Below are positions 9,800-21,584 of a stretch of 64,000 nucleotides of DNA, one piece after another. Source of the stretch: Armatimonadota bacterium (GTDB taxonomy: Bacteria > Armatimonadota > UBA5829 > DTLH01); assembly GCA_038207085.1 (NCBI GenBank), contig JBBRAE010000005.1, forward strand, positions 91,347 to 155,346, read 5' to 3'. The notes under the pieces are model-generated. The model did no database searches. It was not told the origin of the DNA and saw nothing but the letters and a program-made list of their open reading frames with translations. Made by a program: the position numbers and the translations under genes. Numbering within the stretch: the stretch's first letter is position 1; each line of letters opens with the position of its first letter.

Positions 9800-11233
9800 T
9801 CAGGGGTTCACCGCAAGCATCTTGATCTCGGTCATCTCTTCGATCGCGTAGCGGATTCCCTCGCGCCCGAACCCCGAGTCCTTGACTCCACCGTAGGGCA
9901 TGTTATCGATCCTGTAGCTCGATGCCTCGTTCACCACGACCTGACCCACCTCAAGCTCGCGAAACGCACGAAATACGTGTTCGAGGTTGTTCGAGAACAC
10001 CGATGCCTGCAGCCCGTAGCGCGAATTGTTCACCTTGGCGATCGCCTCGGAGAAGTCGTCAAACGGCTCGACGATCGCGACCGGGCCAAACACCTCAAGG
10101 CAGCTCACCTTCTCATCGGGGTCGACGCCCTCAAGCACCGTCGGCTCATAAAACGTGCCTCGGCGCTCGCCTCCGGTCAGAAGCTTCGCCCCGCCGTGCA
10201 CGGCTTCGCTCACCCACTCCTCGATTCGCTTCGCCGACGCCTCATCGATCACCGGCCCAACGTCGGTAGACTCGTCCATCGGGTCCCCGACGTGCTTCTT
10301 CTCCACCGCATCGACGAACTTGCGCACAAAGTCGTCGTAGATCCCGCGATGCACAAACATCCTCTGTACCGAGATGCAGCTCTGGCCCGAGTAGTAGAAG
10401 GCCCCGGCAGCGGAGCGCGAGACGGCATAGTCCACGTCCGCGTCCGCATCGATGATCTCCGCCGCGTTCCCTCCAAGCTCAAGGGTGACCCTCTTTTTCC
10501 CTGAAATAGATTTTAGAGCCCACCCCACCTCCGTGCTCCCGGTGAACGAAATCGCTTTTATACGATCGTCCTCGACCATCCTGCGGGTAAGCTCGGTCGA
10601 GCAGGGCACGATGTTTAGAGCGCCCGAAGGCGCGCCGGACTGCATCGCGATCTCACCCAAAATTAGCGCAGTAAGGGGCGTGCGCATTGAGGGCTTGATG
10701 ATGATCGAGTTCCCCGCCGCCAGCGCGGGGGCGATCTTGTGGGCGACGAGGTTAATCGGGAAGTTAAAGGGCGTGATCCCAAGCACAGGCCCGATCGGGA
10801 AGCGCTGGATGATCCCAATGCGCCCCTCAGACACTTGGTTTAAATCAAGCGGGATAGTGTCGCCGGGCAGGCGCTTTGCCTCCTCGCTCGCTATAGTAAA
10901 GGTCATAATCGCGCGGTCGACCTCGGCGCGGGAGTCTTTGATCGGTTTCCCGGCCTCAAGTGTGATCGTGCGGGCGATCTCTTCCTTGCGTTCCTTGATC
11001 TTTTCGGCCATACCTCGCAGAATATCGGCGCGCTTGTAGCTCGGGAGCGACCGCATCACTTCAAAACCCTTGATCGCAGTCGCAATCGCGTCCTCGACAT
11101 CGGCTTCACCCGCGACGAACACGACCCCAGCCACGCCACCCTGCGGGCTCTGGACGTTCTCCCGCTCCGAAGAACTCCTCCAGTCCCCGCCGATCAAAAA
11201 CTTATGCTCATGTGCCATAGTAGCTACTGACAT
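9800..11233 (-). CDS. NAD(P)-dependent aldehyde dehydrogenase
   Basis: ITPFNFP, FTGST, LELGGN, SGQSCIS, EVFGP, PYGGVKDSGFGREG. Confidence 0.95.
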   Translation of the reverse strand: MSVATMAHEHKFLIGGDWRSSSERENVQSPQGGVAGVVFVAGEADVEDAIATAIKGFEVMRSLPSYKRADILRGMAEKIKERKEEIARTITLEAGKPIKDSRAEVDRAIMTFTIASEEAKRLPGDTIPLDLNQVSEGRIGIIQRFPIGPVLGITPFNFPINLVAHKIAPALAAGNSIIIKPSMRTPLTALILGEIAMQSGAPSGALNIVPCSTELTRRMVEDDRIKAISFTGSTEVGWALKSISGKKRVTLELGGNAAEIIDADADVDYAVSRSAAGAFYYSGQSCISVQRMFVHRGIYDDFVRKFVDAVEKKHVGDPMDESTDVGPVIDEASAKRIEEWVSEAVHGGAKLLTGGERRGTFYEPTVLEGVDPDEKVSCLEVFGPVAIVEPFDDFSEAIAKVNNSRYGLQASVFSNNLEHVFRAFRELEVGQVVVNEASSYRIDNMPYGGVKDSGFGREGIRYAIEEMTEIKMLAVNP

Positions 11234-11306
11234 TTCACCCTCCGGGTGTGCAAATTGTAAAATGCAAAATTGGGGACTGGCGAGATTTGGGAGATTGATG
11301 GCCTAA

Positions 11307-11469
11307 GTTGGCCTGGATTTGCAATCCGGGCCCTCTTGGCAGTCAAGGGATCTGTGATCCCGTTCTTTCGACCGTGCCCAATCTACCGGCATCACAGATG
11401 CCTATTCTGCCAGATCGTCCCGGATCACAGATCCGGACGAACAGTTGGTACAGATCCGGACTAACGTAC
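11307..11469 (+). repeat. Palindromic element family C (GGATTTGCAATCC / GGATCACAGATCC hairpins), copy 1
   Basis: Aligns to the reverse complement of 50397-50536 over about 135 bp. Confidence 0.8.
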
Positions 11470-11504
11470 ACCAACCCCTATCCCCTATCCTCTAACCCCT
11501 ACCA

Positions 11505-13136
11505 TCACGTAGGGCAGATCATCTGCCCGAGTCTTTCACTTAGTTTCAGGTTCTCGCTGTAGTCCACCCGCACGTCGATCACAGCCGAGCTCGGCCCTTC
11601 AAAAGCTTGCTGGAGAACAGGCCCGAGCTCCGAGGCGTCCTCGACGCGGTAGCCCTTCGCACCAAAGGACTCAGCTAGCTTCACGAAGTCGGGATTCCCC
11701 AAATCCACCCCGAACCCTAGGTTGTATTTACCCATCTGCTTCCATTTAATGAGCCCATAGCCGTAATCGTTGAATATCAGATATACCACTTTGGTCCCAA
11801 GACGAAGCCCCGTCTCAAGCTCCTGAACGTTCATCAGGAACCCGCCGTCCCCGCATGCCGCGAGCACCCGCTTTTCCGGGTGGACGAGCTTTGCGGCGAT
11901 CGCCGCGGGGACTGCAAACCCCATCGATGCAAACCCGTTGGAGATAAGCACGGTGTTTGGCTCGAATGCCGGGTACATCCGGGCGATCCAGAGCTTGTGC
12001 GCGCCGACGTCGCTTATCAGGATGTCGTCGCGCCCAAGCGCCCTACGCATCTCGTAGATGATCTTCTGCGGCGTAATGTTCGGCCCGGAGTCCTGTGCAT
12101 GGCTTTCCCGCTCGGCAATGACGTAGTCTTTCAGTCGGCGATAGTAGTCCTGGTCTGGGCGCCTGTCGAGTAGCGGGGTGAGCAGCTTCAAGTTGACCGC
12201 GATACTGCCTATAAGCTGCGCCGCGGGAACATACTGTGCCTGAACGTCGGCGGGAGTAAAATCGATATGGACGATCGTCTTGTCGCCGTTTGGGTTCCAG
12301 CGCCGGGGCGAATATTCGACTATATCGTAGCCGACCGCGATCACGAGGTCTGCCCGGTCAAACCCGCAGCTTACGTGGTCGTGGGCCTGCAGGCCGATCG
12401 TCCCGGAGTGCAGGTCCGACTCAGCCGAGATCGCGCCTTTGCCCATAAACGTGGTCGAGCCCGGTATGTTCACCGCGCTCATCAACGCCCGAAGCTGCTC
12501 CGAGGCCCGCCCCCGGATCACCCCGTTGCCGGAGAGTATAATCGGGTGTTTAGCATTGTTGATCAGCTCCGCTGCAACTTTGAGCCCGCCATCGGCAATA
12601 GGCAGGTCCAAGTGCTCGCGAGGAAGCGGCGAGCCTTCAACATCGAGCGCGGAGATGTCCTCGGGCAGCTCGATGTGGGTCGCCCCTGGTTTTTCCAATT
12701 CAGCGTCGTGAAACGCCTTGCGGACGACCTCGGGGATGATCCTCGGCGTGTCGACTCGAGTGTTCCACTTGGTGACCGGCTCAAAGGTGCGCACGATGTC
12801 GATGTACTGGTGGTACTCCTTGTGGGTCGACTCAAGGCCGACCTGCCCGGTGATCGCCACAAGCGGCGCGTGGTCGAGGTTGGCGTCAGCGACGGCTGTG
12901 ATGAGATTAGTCGCCCCCGGCCCAAGCGTCGACGTGCAGACCGCCGCGCGCCCCGTCAGCCTGCCGTAGCCATCGGCCATAAACGCGGCCCCCTGCTCGT
13001 GCCGGGTCGATACAAACTTGATATTGGACCTCGAAAGCGAGTCGACAAGGCCAAGCATTTCTTCGCCCGGAACCCCGAAGACATACTCCACGCCCTCGTT
13101 TTCCAGGCATTTGACCAGAAGATCAGATACTTTCAT
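11505..13136 (-). CDS. Acetolactate synthase large subunit-like TPP enzyme
   Basis: VFGVPGEE, TRHEQGAAFMADGY, TLGPGATN, GFASMGFAVP, GDGGFLM...N TPP motif. Confidence 0.93.
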   Translation of the reverse strand: MKVSDLLVKCLENEGVEYVFGVPGEEMLGLVDSLSRSNIKFVSTRHEQGAAFMADGYGRLTGRAAVCTSTLGPGATNLITAVADANLDHAPLVAITGQVGLESTHKEYHQYIDIVRTFEPVTKWNTRVDTPRIIPEVVRKAFHDAELEKPGATHIELPEDISALDVEGSPLPREHLDLPIADGGLKVAAELINNAKHPIILSGNGVIRGRASEQLRALMSAVNIPGSTTFMGKGAISAESDLHSGTIGLQAHDHVSCGFDRADLVIAVGYDIVEYSPRRWNPNGDKTIVHIDFTPADVQAQYVPAAQLIGSIAVNLKLLTPLLDRRPDQDYYRRLKDYVIAERESHAQDSGPNITPQKIIYEMRRALGRDDILISDVGAHKLWIARMYPAFEPNTVLISNGFASMGFAVPAAIAAKLVHPEKRVLAACGDGGFLMNVQELETGLRLGTKVVYLIFNDYGYGLIKWKQMGKYNLGFGVDLGNPDFVKLAESFGAKGYRVEDASELGPVLQQAFEGPSSAVIDVRVDYSENLKLSERLGQMICPT

Positions 13137-13300
13137 GCCAGCGTTCCCCTATTACTCTACGATCACTTAAACCACAAAGTAATGAATTATCCCCCTTCAC
13201 ACTTGAGAATCAAACCCAACAGTTGAGATTGCTCCGAGGCCTTGGCAATCGGTGCTGAGAATGGACACATAACTCCAAAAAAACGCTCTCCTGCGATTCA

Positions 13301-13309
13301 TGGTATAAT
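13301..13309 (+). promoter_or_regulatory. Extended -10 promoter of the DEAD-box helicase, about 160-nt leader
   Basis: TGGTATAAT; the leader contains two hairpins. Confidence 0.55.
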
Positions 13310-13478
13310 GAGATCGATTGTTACGTGGCTTTGGCATTGGCTTGGTCGTTCACTGATGTTTTCGGACTGCTGGCCTGCTTTCTTCGCGACGCAAAGAAGG
13401 CTGCTGCTGGCGGAGCAATATTCACGTTTGTCGTGAATACTGCGGGCTAGTCTTTTCGCTTCAAGCTCCGAGACAACA

Positions 13479-14867
13479 GTGAAAAATCAGGAGAATGATC
13501 GTTTGACCCACAAAGAAAACACACCTACCGCCTCGGCGTTTGCCGACTTTAATCTGGACCAACTGCTCGTCAAAGCTATCAAAGACGCCGGTTACCAGGC
13601 GCCGACGCCCGTGCAGGCAGCCACTATCCCGATCGCGCTCGCAAGACGCGACATGATCGGCACCGCTCAGACCGGAACCGGCAAAACCGCCGCTTTTGTG
13701 CTGCCGATACTCCACCACCTGCTCACCAACCCGGTCAAGAAACCGTGCACGAGGGTAATCGTCCTCACACCGACGCGCGAGCTTGCCGAACAGGTCGCCG
13801 ACTGCTTCAGGCAGCTGGGCCGGTTCACCAAGATCAAGACCGCCACCGTATACGGCGGGGTCGGAATGCATCCCCAGGAGAAGGCGCTAAGAAGCGGCGC
13901 CGAAGTGATCGTTGCGTGCCCTGGACGGCTCATCGACCACATGGAGCGAGGCAACACCAATTTTGCGCATGTTGAAGAGGTTGTGCTGGACGAAGCCGAC
14001 CGGATGCTTGATATGGGCTTTTTGCCGCCGATCAAGCACATTTTGTCCACGCTCCCCCGAGATCGCCACACTATGCTTTTCTCGGCGACGTTCGCCCCTG
14101 AGCTGACAAAGCTTGCCGGCAACGCGATGAACAAGCCCGAGCGTGTCCAGGTGGACCTGTGCGCACCGGCAAAGACCGTCGCCCACGCGCTGTACCCTTG
14201 CGCCCAGCACCTGAAGTCGCTGCTTTTGCTTCGTCTGCTTGGAGAAACCGACACCAACTCGGTGTTGATCTTTACTCGCACCAAGCACCGCGCCGACCGA
14301 CTGGCCCGACAGATCGAGAACGCCGGGTATACGACGACGGTGCTGCACTCCAACAAGTCTCAGAACCAGAGGCAGAACGCGCTCGACCGCTTCAAGTCCG
14401 GCAAGTGCCAGATATTGGTCGCGACCGACATCGCCGCCCGCGGTCTTGACGTGGAGACGATCACCCACGTAGTCAACTACGACATTCCTGACACAGCGGA
14501 CGCCTACATCCACCGCATCGGCCGCACAGGTCGCGCCGAGCGCGAGGGTGACGCAATGACGCTTATCACCGGTGAAGACGCCGGGATAGTCTGGGACATC
14601 GAGCGAGCTCTGGGCTCTCGGATTGAGCGCAAGCAGCTTGCAGATTTCGATTACAAGGCCCGTCCCGCGCCCAGCGAGTTCAAGCCCGCTCCCGCATCGG
14701 ACCAAAAGCCGAAGTTCTCTGCGCCTAAATCGAACAAAGACGCAAGGCCCGCGCCCGCGCAGACCAAACCCGGCAACTTCGCACCGAAGTACCGCAGCAA
14801 GTCAAAGCGCAAGAAGGCCTCCGACGTTTTCGTCGAGAGGAACGTGCCAAGAGAAAGCGTCGCTTAA
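13479..14867 (+). CDS. DEAD-box RNA helicase (RhlE/CshA-like)
   Basis: Q motif, AQTGTGKT, PTRELA, PGRL, DEAD, SAT, ARGLD, HRIGRTGR; basic C-terminal tail. Confidence 0.97.
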   Translation: MKNQENDRLTHKENTPTASAFADFNLDQLLVKAIKDAGYQAPTPVQAATIPIALARRDMIGTAQTGTGKTAAFVLPILHHLLTNPVKKPCTRVIVLTPTRELAEQVADCFRQLGRFTKIKTATVYGGVGMHPQEKALRSGAEVIVACPGRLIDHMERGNTNFAHVEEVVLDEADRMLDMGFLPPIKHILSTLPRDRHTMLFSATFAPELTKLAGNAMNKPERVQVDLCAPAKTVAHALYPCAQHLKSLLLLRLLGETDTNSVLIFTRTKHRADRLARQIENAGYTTTVLHSNKSQNQRQNALDRFKSGKCQILVATDIAARGLDVETITHVVNYDIPDTADAYIHRIGRTGRAEREGDAMTLITGEDAGIVWDIERALGSRIERKQLADFDYKARPAPSEFKPAPASDQKPKFSAPKSNKDARPAPAQTKPGNFAPKYRSKSKRKKASDVFVERNVPRESVA

Positions 14868-14875
14868 GCTATAGC

Positions 14876-14902
14876 GTAGGGGCGGACCAACGTGTCCGCC
14901 CT
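14876..14902 (+). repeat. REP family B (GTAGGGGCGGACCAAYGTGTCCGCCCT)
   Basis: Near-identical at 40565, 60440, 60752 (reverse) and 60894. Confidence 0.85.
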
Positions 14903-15036
14903 TTCCGAGTTGGACGGCGATCTCCATATCGCCGTCCCAAAACCAATCCGGGATCTCCCTACCCCAATTCCCCCTCCTGTTTTCCTCCACAATCCCGATA
15001 ATATGATCAAGTACGTATCAGCATTAGGGGCAGACA

Positions 15037-15903
15037 ATGGCAAAACTTCGCATAGTGGAAGAAGGCATCAACAGCAAGACTCCAAAACTCGGACCGCCGA
15101 CTTGGCTTGAAAAGAAGCTTTACGAAAAGGAACTCCGACGCCTCCAGGCAGAGCTTGTGAAGCTGCAGTACTGGGTGAAGGAGCAGAAGCTTCGCGTCGT
15201 CCTTATCTTTGAGGGACGCGACGCGGCGGGTAAGGGCGGGGTCATCAAGCGCATCGCCGAACCGCTCAATCCCCGAGGTCTCCGGCTCGTCGCCCTTGGC
15301 ACGCCTTCTGACACGGAGCGCACGCAGTGGTATTTCCAGCGCTACGTCGCGCACCTGCCCGCCGCCGGTGAGATCGTGATATTCGACCGAAGCTGGTACA
15401 ACCGCGCTGGCGTTGAAAATGTTATGGGGTTCTGCACAGAGGACGAATATCAGGAGTTTTTGCGATCCTGCCCGGACTTTGAGCGTATGCTCGTGCATTC
15501 CGGGATCATTCTGCTCAAATACTGGCTCTCGGTGAGCGACTGCGAGCAGGAGCGCCGATTCCAGGAGCGCGCCGAAAACCCGCTCAAACGTTGGAAACTA
15601 AGCCCGATCGACATCGAGTCCCGCGAAAAGTGGGAAGAGTTCTCGACCGCCAAAGATGCAATGCTCGACCACACCGACATCCCCGAGGCCCCGTGGTATC
15701 AGGTCGACGGCGACGACAAACGCCGCGCCCGCCTGAACTGCGTCCACCACATCCTGGGCTCGATCCCCTACTCAAACGCCTTCCCGAAGCCGATCAAGCT
15801 CTCGAAACGACCCAATTATTGCGGCGGATACTCAAGGCCCCAGCGCACAAGCCACATCGTGGTGCCGGACAAGTATGACGAGGTGAAGAAAAAGGCGGCG
15901 TGA
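15037..15903 (+). CDS. ppk2: Polyphosphate kinase 2
   Basis: FEGRDAAGKGG, WYFQRY, FDRSWYNRAGVE, KWKLS-like LKRWKLSP, PEAPW, KRRARLN. Confidence 0.96.
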   Translation: MAKLRIVEEGINSKTPKLGPPTWLEKKLYEKELRRLQAELVKLQYWVKEQKLRVVLIFEGRDAAGKGGVIKRIAEPLNPRGLRLVALGTPSDTERTQWYFQRYVAHLPAAGEIVIFDRSWYNRAGVENVMGFCTEDEYQEFLRSCPDFERMLVHSGIILLKYWLSVSDCEQERRFQERAENPLKRWKLSPIDIESREKWEEFSTAKDAMLDHTDIPEAPWYQVDGDDKRRARLNCVHHILGSIPYSNAFPKPIKLSKRPNYCGGYSRPQRTSHIVVPDKYDEVKKKAA

Positions 15904-16076
15904 GGGGAGCTGTTAGCTAAAGAGGCAGTGTCCACGGGTCGGTTTTTGGCCCGGAGCTGTAGGCCCAGCCCCACAATTGTCCGGCAATGGACGGTCGCAC
16001 GGCATGTCCCACTGAGCGTCTTCAGAGATAGTGTCGAACCCAAAGACGAGAAGTTTCGGTTTCATATGTCCCCACA

Positions 16077-16466
16077 TTAACCTGCCATCACCAGCCCAAG
16101 ATGCTCAACGAACGGCTGAAAATGGTGATCCGAACTGAGCAGCCTGCTGCCGGAAATCAGGCAAAAGGTCGCAATCAGGCAGTCCACAGTGTTCACTTGA
16201 ACTCCGAGCTTTCGGAGAGCCCGCGTATTGTCCACCGCCTCCAGCGCCAGATCCCGACCAGCCATCGTAAACACCGAAAAACCGAGAAGATGTGCCTTCA
16301 CTTTCTCAAATTGATCAGGTGGGCTCACACCCCGCAGCACTTCGTAGAGTATCAGGTCGCCAAGAGCGATCTCTTTCTCTTTGGCAAGGCGCACAAAAGC
16401 ACGCACTTCTGAGGTTTCCCTGCCTTTGATCAGGTCGATCCAAACTGAGCTGTCAACGATTACCAC
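16077..16466 (-). CDS. vapC: PIN-domain toxin VapC
   Basis: IVDSSVWID, LYEVLRG, TVDCLIA, SSDHHF; overlaps the antitoxin stop. Confidence 0.92.
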   Translation of the reverse strand: MVIVDSSVWIDLIKGRETSEVRAFVRLAKEKEIALGDLILYEVLRGVSPPDQFEKVKAHLLGFSVFTMAGRDLALEAVDNTRALRKLGVQVNTVDCLIATFCLISGSRLLSSDHHFQPFVEHLGLVMAG

Positions 16467-16672
16467 TTGGCAGAGTCCCTGTCTTCGCGAAGAGACCTGA
16501 GGTCACCTTCCCAATCAGCCGAGCCCTTTAGCGCCATAACGGCCGCCACCTGACGTCCGTTGCGAACAAGTGCCTTGAGCCCCTCTTCCACTATCGCCTT
16601 CTTGGTTTTGAGCCCCGTCGCTTCCTGAGCGGCCTTGAGCAGTTCGTCATCAATCACTATGTTGGTACGCAT
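16460..16672 (-). CDS. vapB: VapB-type antitoxin (70 aa)
   Basis: MRTNIVIDDELL...GLKTKKAIVEEGL...WEGDL; true start 16672 after GGAGG, inside a longer spurious ORF. Confidence 0.9.
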   Translation of the reverse strand: MRTNIVIDDELLKAAQEATGLKTKKAIVEEGLKALVRNGRQVAAVMALKGSADWEGDLRSLREDRDSAKW

Positions 16673-16813
16673 ACCCGCCTCCAGAGGAGTTATTATAAGA
16701 GTATTATACCACATAATGTGTAAATATGAGCAAATCATACACATTGACACCCGCTCACCCCTCAAACTACCATGTCGTGTGCCGTTGGGCATAATCAGAC
16801 CGGTGGTGACTAG

Positions 16814-19257
<2,444 letters not shown>

Positions 19258-19269
19258 GGAGGCGTACAG

Positions 19270-19641
19270 ATGGAAGAACAAGGCTTTGAGGTCATAGACA
19301 AGCGGGTGAAGCTTGATGACACTCCAGCAGAAGAACCGAAGGCAGAAGAACAGGCCGGGGAGGAGACTCCTGAGGAGACTATGAACGTCCCGATTCAGGG
19401 GTTCTTGCAGTGGTTTGTCGAGATGCTGATCCCCGGCGCGTGGCAGCATATGGGGCTTCAGATGAACCCGGTGACTAAGAAAGTCGAGCGTGATCTGCTG
19501 CAGGCCAAGCTTGCAATCGACACGATCGCCTTTATGACCGACCAGCTTATGCCACACATCCCTGATGAGCAGAAGAAGGCCTATCGGGCGCTTGTGGGGG
19601 ATCTTCGGGTCAACTTCGTTCAGCAGTCACAGAAAGAGTAG
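19270..19641 (+). CDS. DUF1844-like protein
   Basis: AWQHMG..MNPVT...DL.QAKLAID...L..LRVNFV. Confidence 0.8.
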   Translation: MEEQGFEVIDKRVKLDDTPAEEPKAEEQAGEETPEETMNVPIQGFLQWFVEMLIPGAWQHMGLQMNPVTKKVERDLLQAKLAIDTIAFMTDQLMPHIPDEQKKAYRALVGDLRVNFVQQSQKE

Positions 19642-19646
19642 GTCAG

Positions 19647-19674
19647 GGTGGTCGGTCCAAGCGGGCCGACCACC
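19647..19674. terminator. Hairpin between convergent genes
   Basis: GGTGGTCGGTCC-AAGC-GGGCCGACCACC 12-bp stem. Confidence 0.6.
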
Positions 19675-19736
19675 ACAGTAAGAAATCAGTGTCTTGTTAC
19701 GGTAGAAGGTTCGGAGTCGAGCATCTCCGGCTCGAC

Positions 19737-20165
19737 TTAGCCTGATTTCACCATCTTGATCCTCGTGCCGAAGTTCGGCTTGGACCAGTAGTCGACGGAG
19801 TCCATCAGGTGTCGGATCAGAATAATGCCCAGTCCGCCCTCTCTGTTGACATCCGGGTTTGGCGCAGCGCCGTGTGCCGGGACCTCGAACCCTATCCCCT
19901 TGTCGATGATCTCAAGGGTCAGCCTGCCGCTTTCGCTGGAACACTTGATGACCACGGGGTTGTCCCCCGGGCATCCCCCGTAGGCGTGACGAACGATGTT
20001 CGCGACAGCCTCGGAGACGGCGACCTTGACCTCTTCGACAGCTTCAGGGGACAGCGGCACCGAATCGGCCATTTCCCCGACGAGCGTGCGCACGGTACGG
20101 ACGTATTCCGGTTTACAAGGCACTCTCAACTCCACGTTTTCGATATGTGATCGCAATCTAGCCAT
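19737..20165 (-). CDS. RsbW/SpoIIAB-like anti-sigma factor kinase (HATPase_c)
   Basis: AVSEAVANIVRHAY, IIDKGIGF, REGGLGIILIRHLMD, GTRIKM. Confidence 0.9.
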   Translation of the reverse strand: MARLRSHIENVELRVPCKPEYVRTVRTLVGEMADSVPLSPEAVEEVKVAVSEAVANIVRHAYGGCPGDNPVVIKCSSESGRLTLEIIDKGIGFEVPAHGAAPNPDVNREGGLGIILIRHLMDSVDYWSKPNFGTRIKMVKSG

Positions 20166-20492
20166 TTCTTTATCAGAGCCCTTCCCCCACCAGAGAACTG
20201 GCTTGGAACCCTATTACGGCTCAGCTGATATGGGTTCCTGTCAATGTTGTACCCGAGCACAATGTTGTTGCAAACCTTGTGGATAAGTGGGCGATGGATG
20301 AGTCTACCGACAGGCTGGGCTTGTGCCGGTTTGTTTTCAGTTCGTTTTCACGCTCTGTTTTTCTCTGTTGAGTTCGTTTTGTTGAGCGTGAGCTGAGCGT
20401 GAAATCAGTTCGTTTTATATGTTTTCTTGTTTTTGAACCACTGAGACTTGCTGTGAGAGAACTCTCTTCTCTTGCCGGTTTGTTGTATATTA

Positions 20493-20521
20493 ATAATATA
20501 CACTTTGATAGGATAAATCAA
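20493..20521 (-). promoter_or_regulatory. Sigma70-type promoter TTGATT-N17-TATTAT
   Basis: -35 at 20516-20521 and -10 at 20493-20498 on the minus strand; overlaps the near-palindrome GTATATTAATAATATAC. Confidence 0.55.
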
Positions 20522-20618
20522 GGAATATTGTGGGTTTTCTCTGGGAAATATTTGCGAATATGTGTGCGCCGTCGATGCGCGGTGCTGTTTATGCTCCGTA
20601 GGGAGGTGATGTACCACC

Positions 20619-21464
20619 TCAGGGCTGCGGGCTGACGTTGTACCAGTCCGACAGCCACTGGCTCAGCTGATTGATCTCCACAGTCTGTCCTGTCACGATG
20701 TTCGATGCCAGCGACTTTAGCTCCGGGTGAATGGCTTTCTGCTCAGCCATGCGAGCCATGTTTACTGCATCCTGGTGGTGGGTGATCATGGCCTGCATAT
20801 ATCGTATCTCAAGACCGCTGCCGCTTAAGGAGCGAAGCTCTATGGTGGTCTGCTCGCCCATTGGCATAGCCATCGCGGGCACGGAAGCGTTATACCAACT
20901 CTTTAGCCACCTGGACATCTCCTGGATCTCCTGCGACTGGGTGTCTATCACGCGCTGGGCGAACTGCCGAAGCTCGGGGTGCACAGCCTTCCGGACGACG
21001 ACTTCTGACATCGCGACAGCTCCGGCGTGGTGTCGGATCATATCTTTTAGGAATGCCTGCTCGAACTGGGGCGAGGGCATCTGCATCATCGCCTGCATTC
21101 CCGGACCACTGCCCACGCCGCCGACCATCGACCCATTCATGCCGCTCATCTGCATCGTGGGGAGCATAGTCCGCGAAACGACCTGAAGGGTATTCTTGTC
21201 GAGCTTGAGGAGTTCACTGCCGCGGATGATGTAAATAGAAGTGTCATCGACTGCTATCGCCGGATGCATCGTTCCCATCATCTTCATCATCTGGTCCATA
21301 GACATCCCGCCCATCATCCCGGCCCCGGCGGGCGGCTTGCTGGCCGTGGATTTGGGTGCAGTCTTTGTCACAGAGGGATGATGAGTTGCATTACCGGCTG
21401 CCCAGCTTGTCCCGCACAGGGCGAACGCCAGAAGTCCCGCAACGATTGAGAATGCTCTTTGCAT
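20619..21464 (-). CDS. Secreted tandem DUF305 (ferritin-like) protein with Met-rich region
   Basis: Signal peptide; two MI.HH..AV.M...HPEL..A..I...Q..EI..W repeats. Confidence 0.85.
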   Translation of the reverse strand: MQRAFSIVAGLLAFALCGTSWAAGNATHHPSVTKTAPKSTASKPPAGAGMMGGMSMDQMMKMMGTMHPAIAVDDTSIYIIRGSELLKLDKNTLQVVSRTMLPTMQMSGMNGSMVGGVGSGPGMQAMMQMPSPQFEQAFLKDMIRHHAGAVAMSEVVVRKAVHPELRQFAQRVIDTQSQEIQEMSRWLKSWYNASVPAMAMPMGEQTTIELRSLSGSGLEIRYMQAMITHHQDAVNMARMAEQKAIHPELKSLASNIVTGQTVEINQLSQWLSDWYNVSPQP

Positions 21465-21584
21465 GGCTATTACCTCCAGTAAGGTGCACAGATATTGCTC
21501 TCTCTATATTGCCCCAACGTCTGAGCGGCTAAACAATGGGAGCTTTGATACTTCGGCGCTCGGTCTGTTGAGCCGAAGCTCTAA

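Noticed and set aside
20278-20286. Perfect DnaA box (TTATCCACA) beside an AT-rich region as oriC
   Set aside because: Only one box, and no dnaA/dnaN context.
20339-20416. Three regularly spaced 10-nt repeats as a CRISPR array
   Set aside because: Repeats too short, spacers share sequence, no cas genes.
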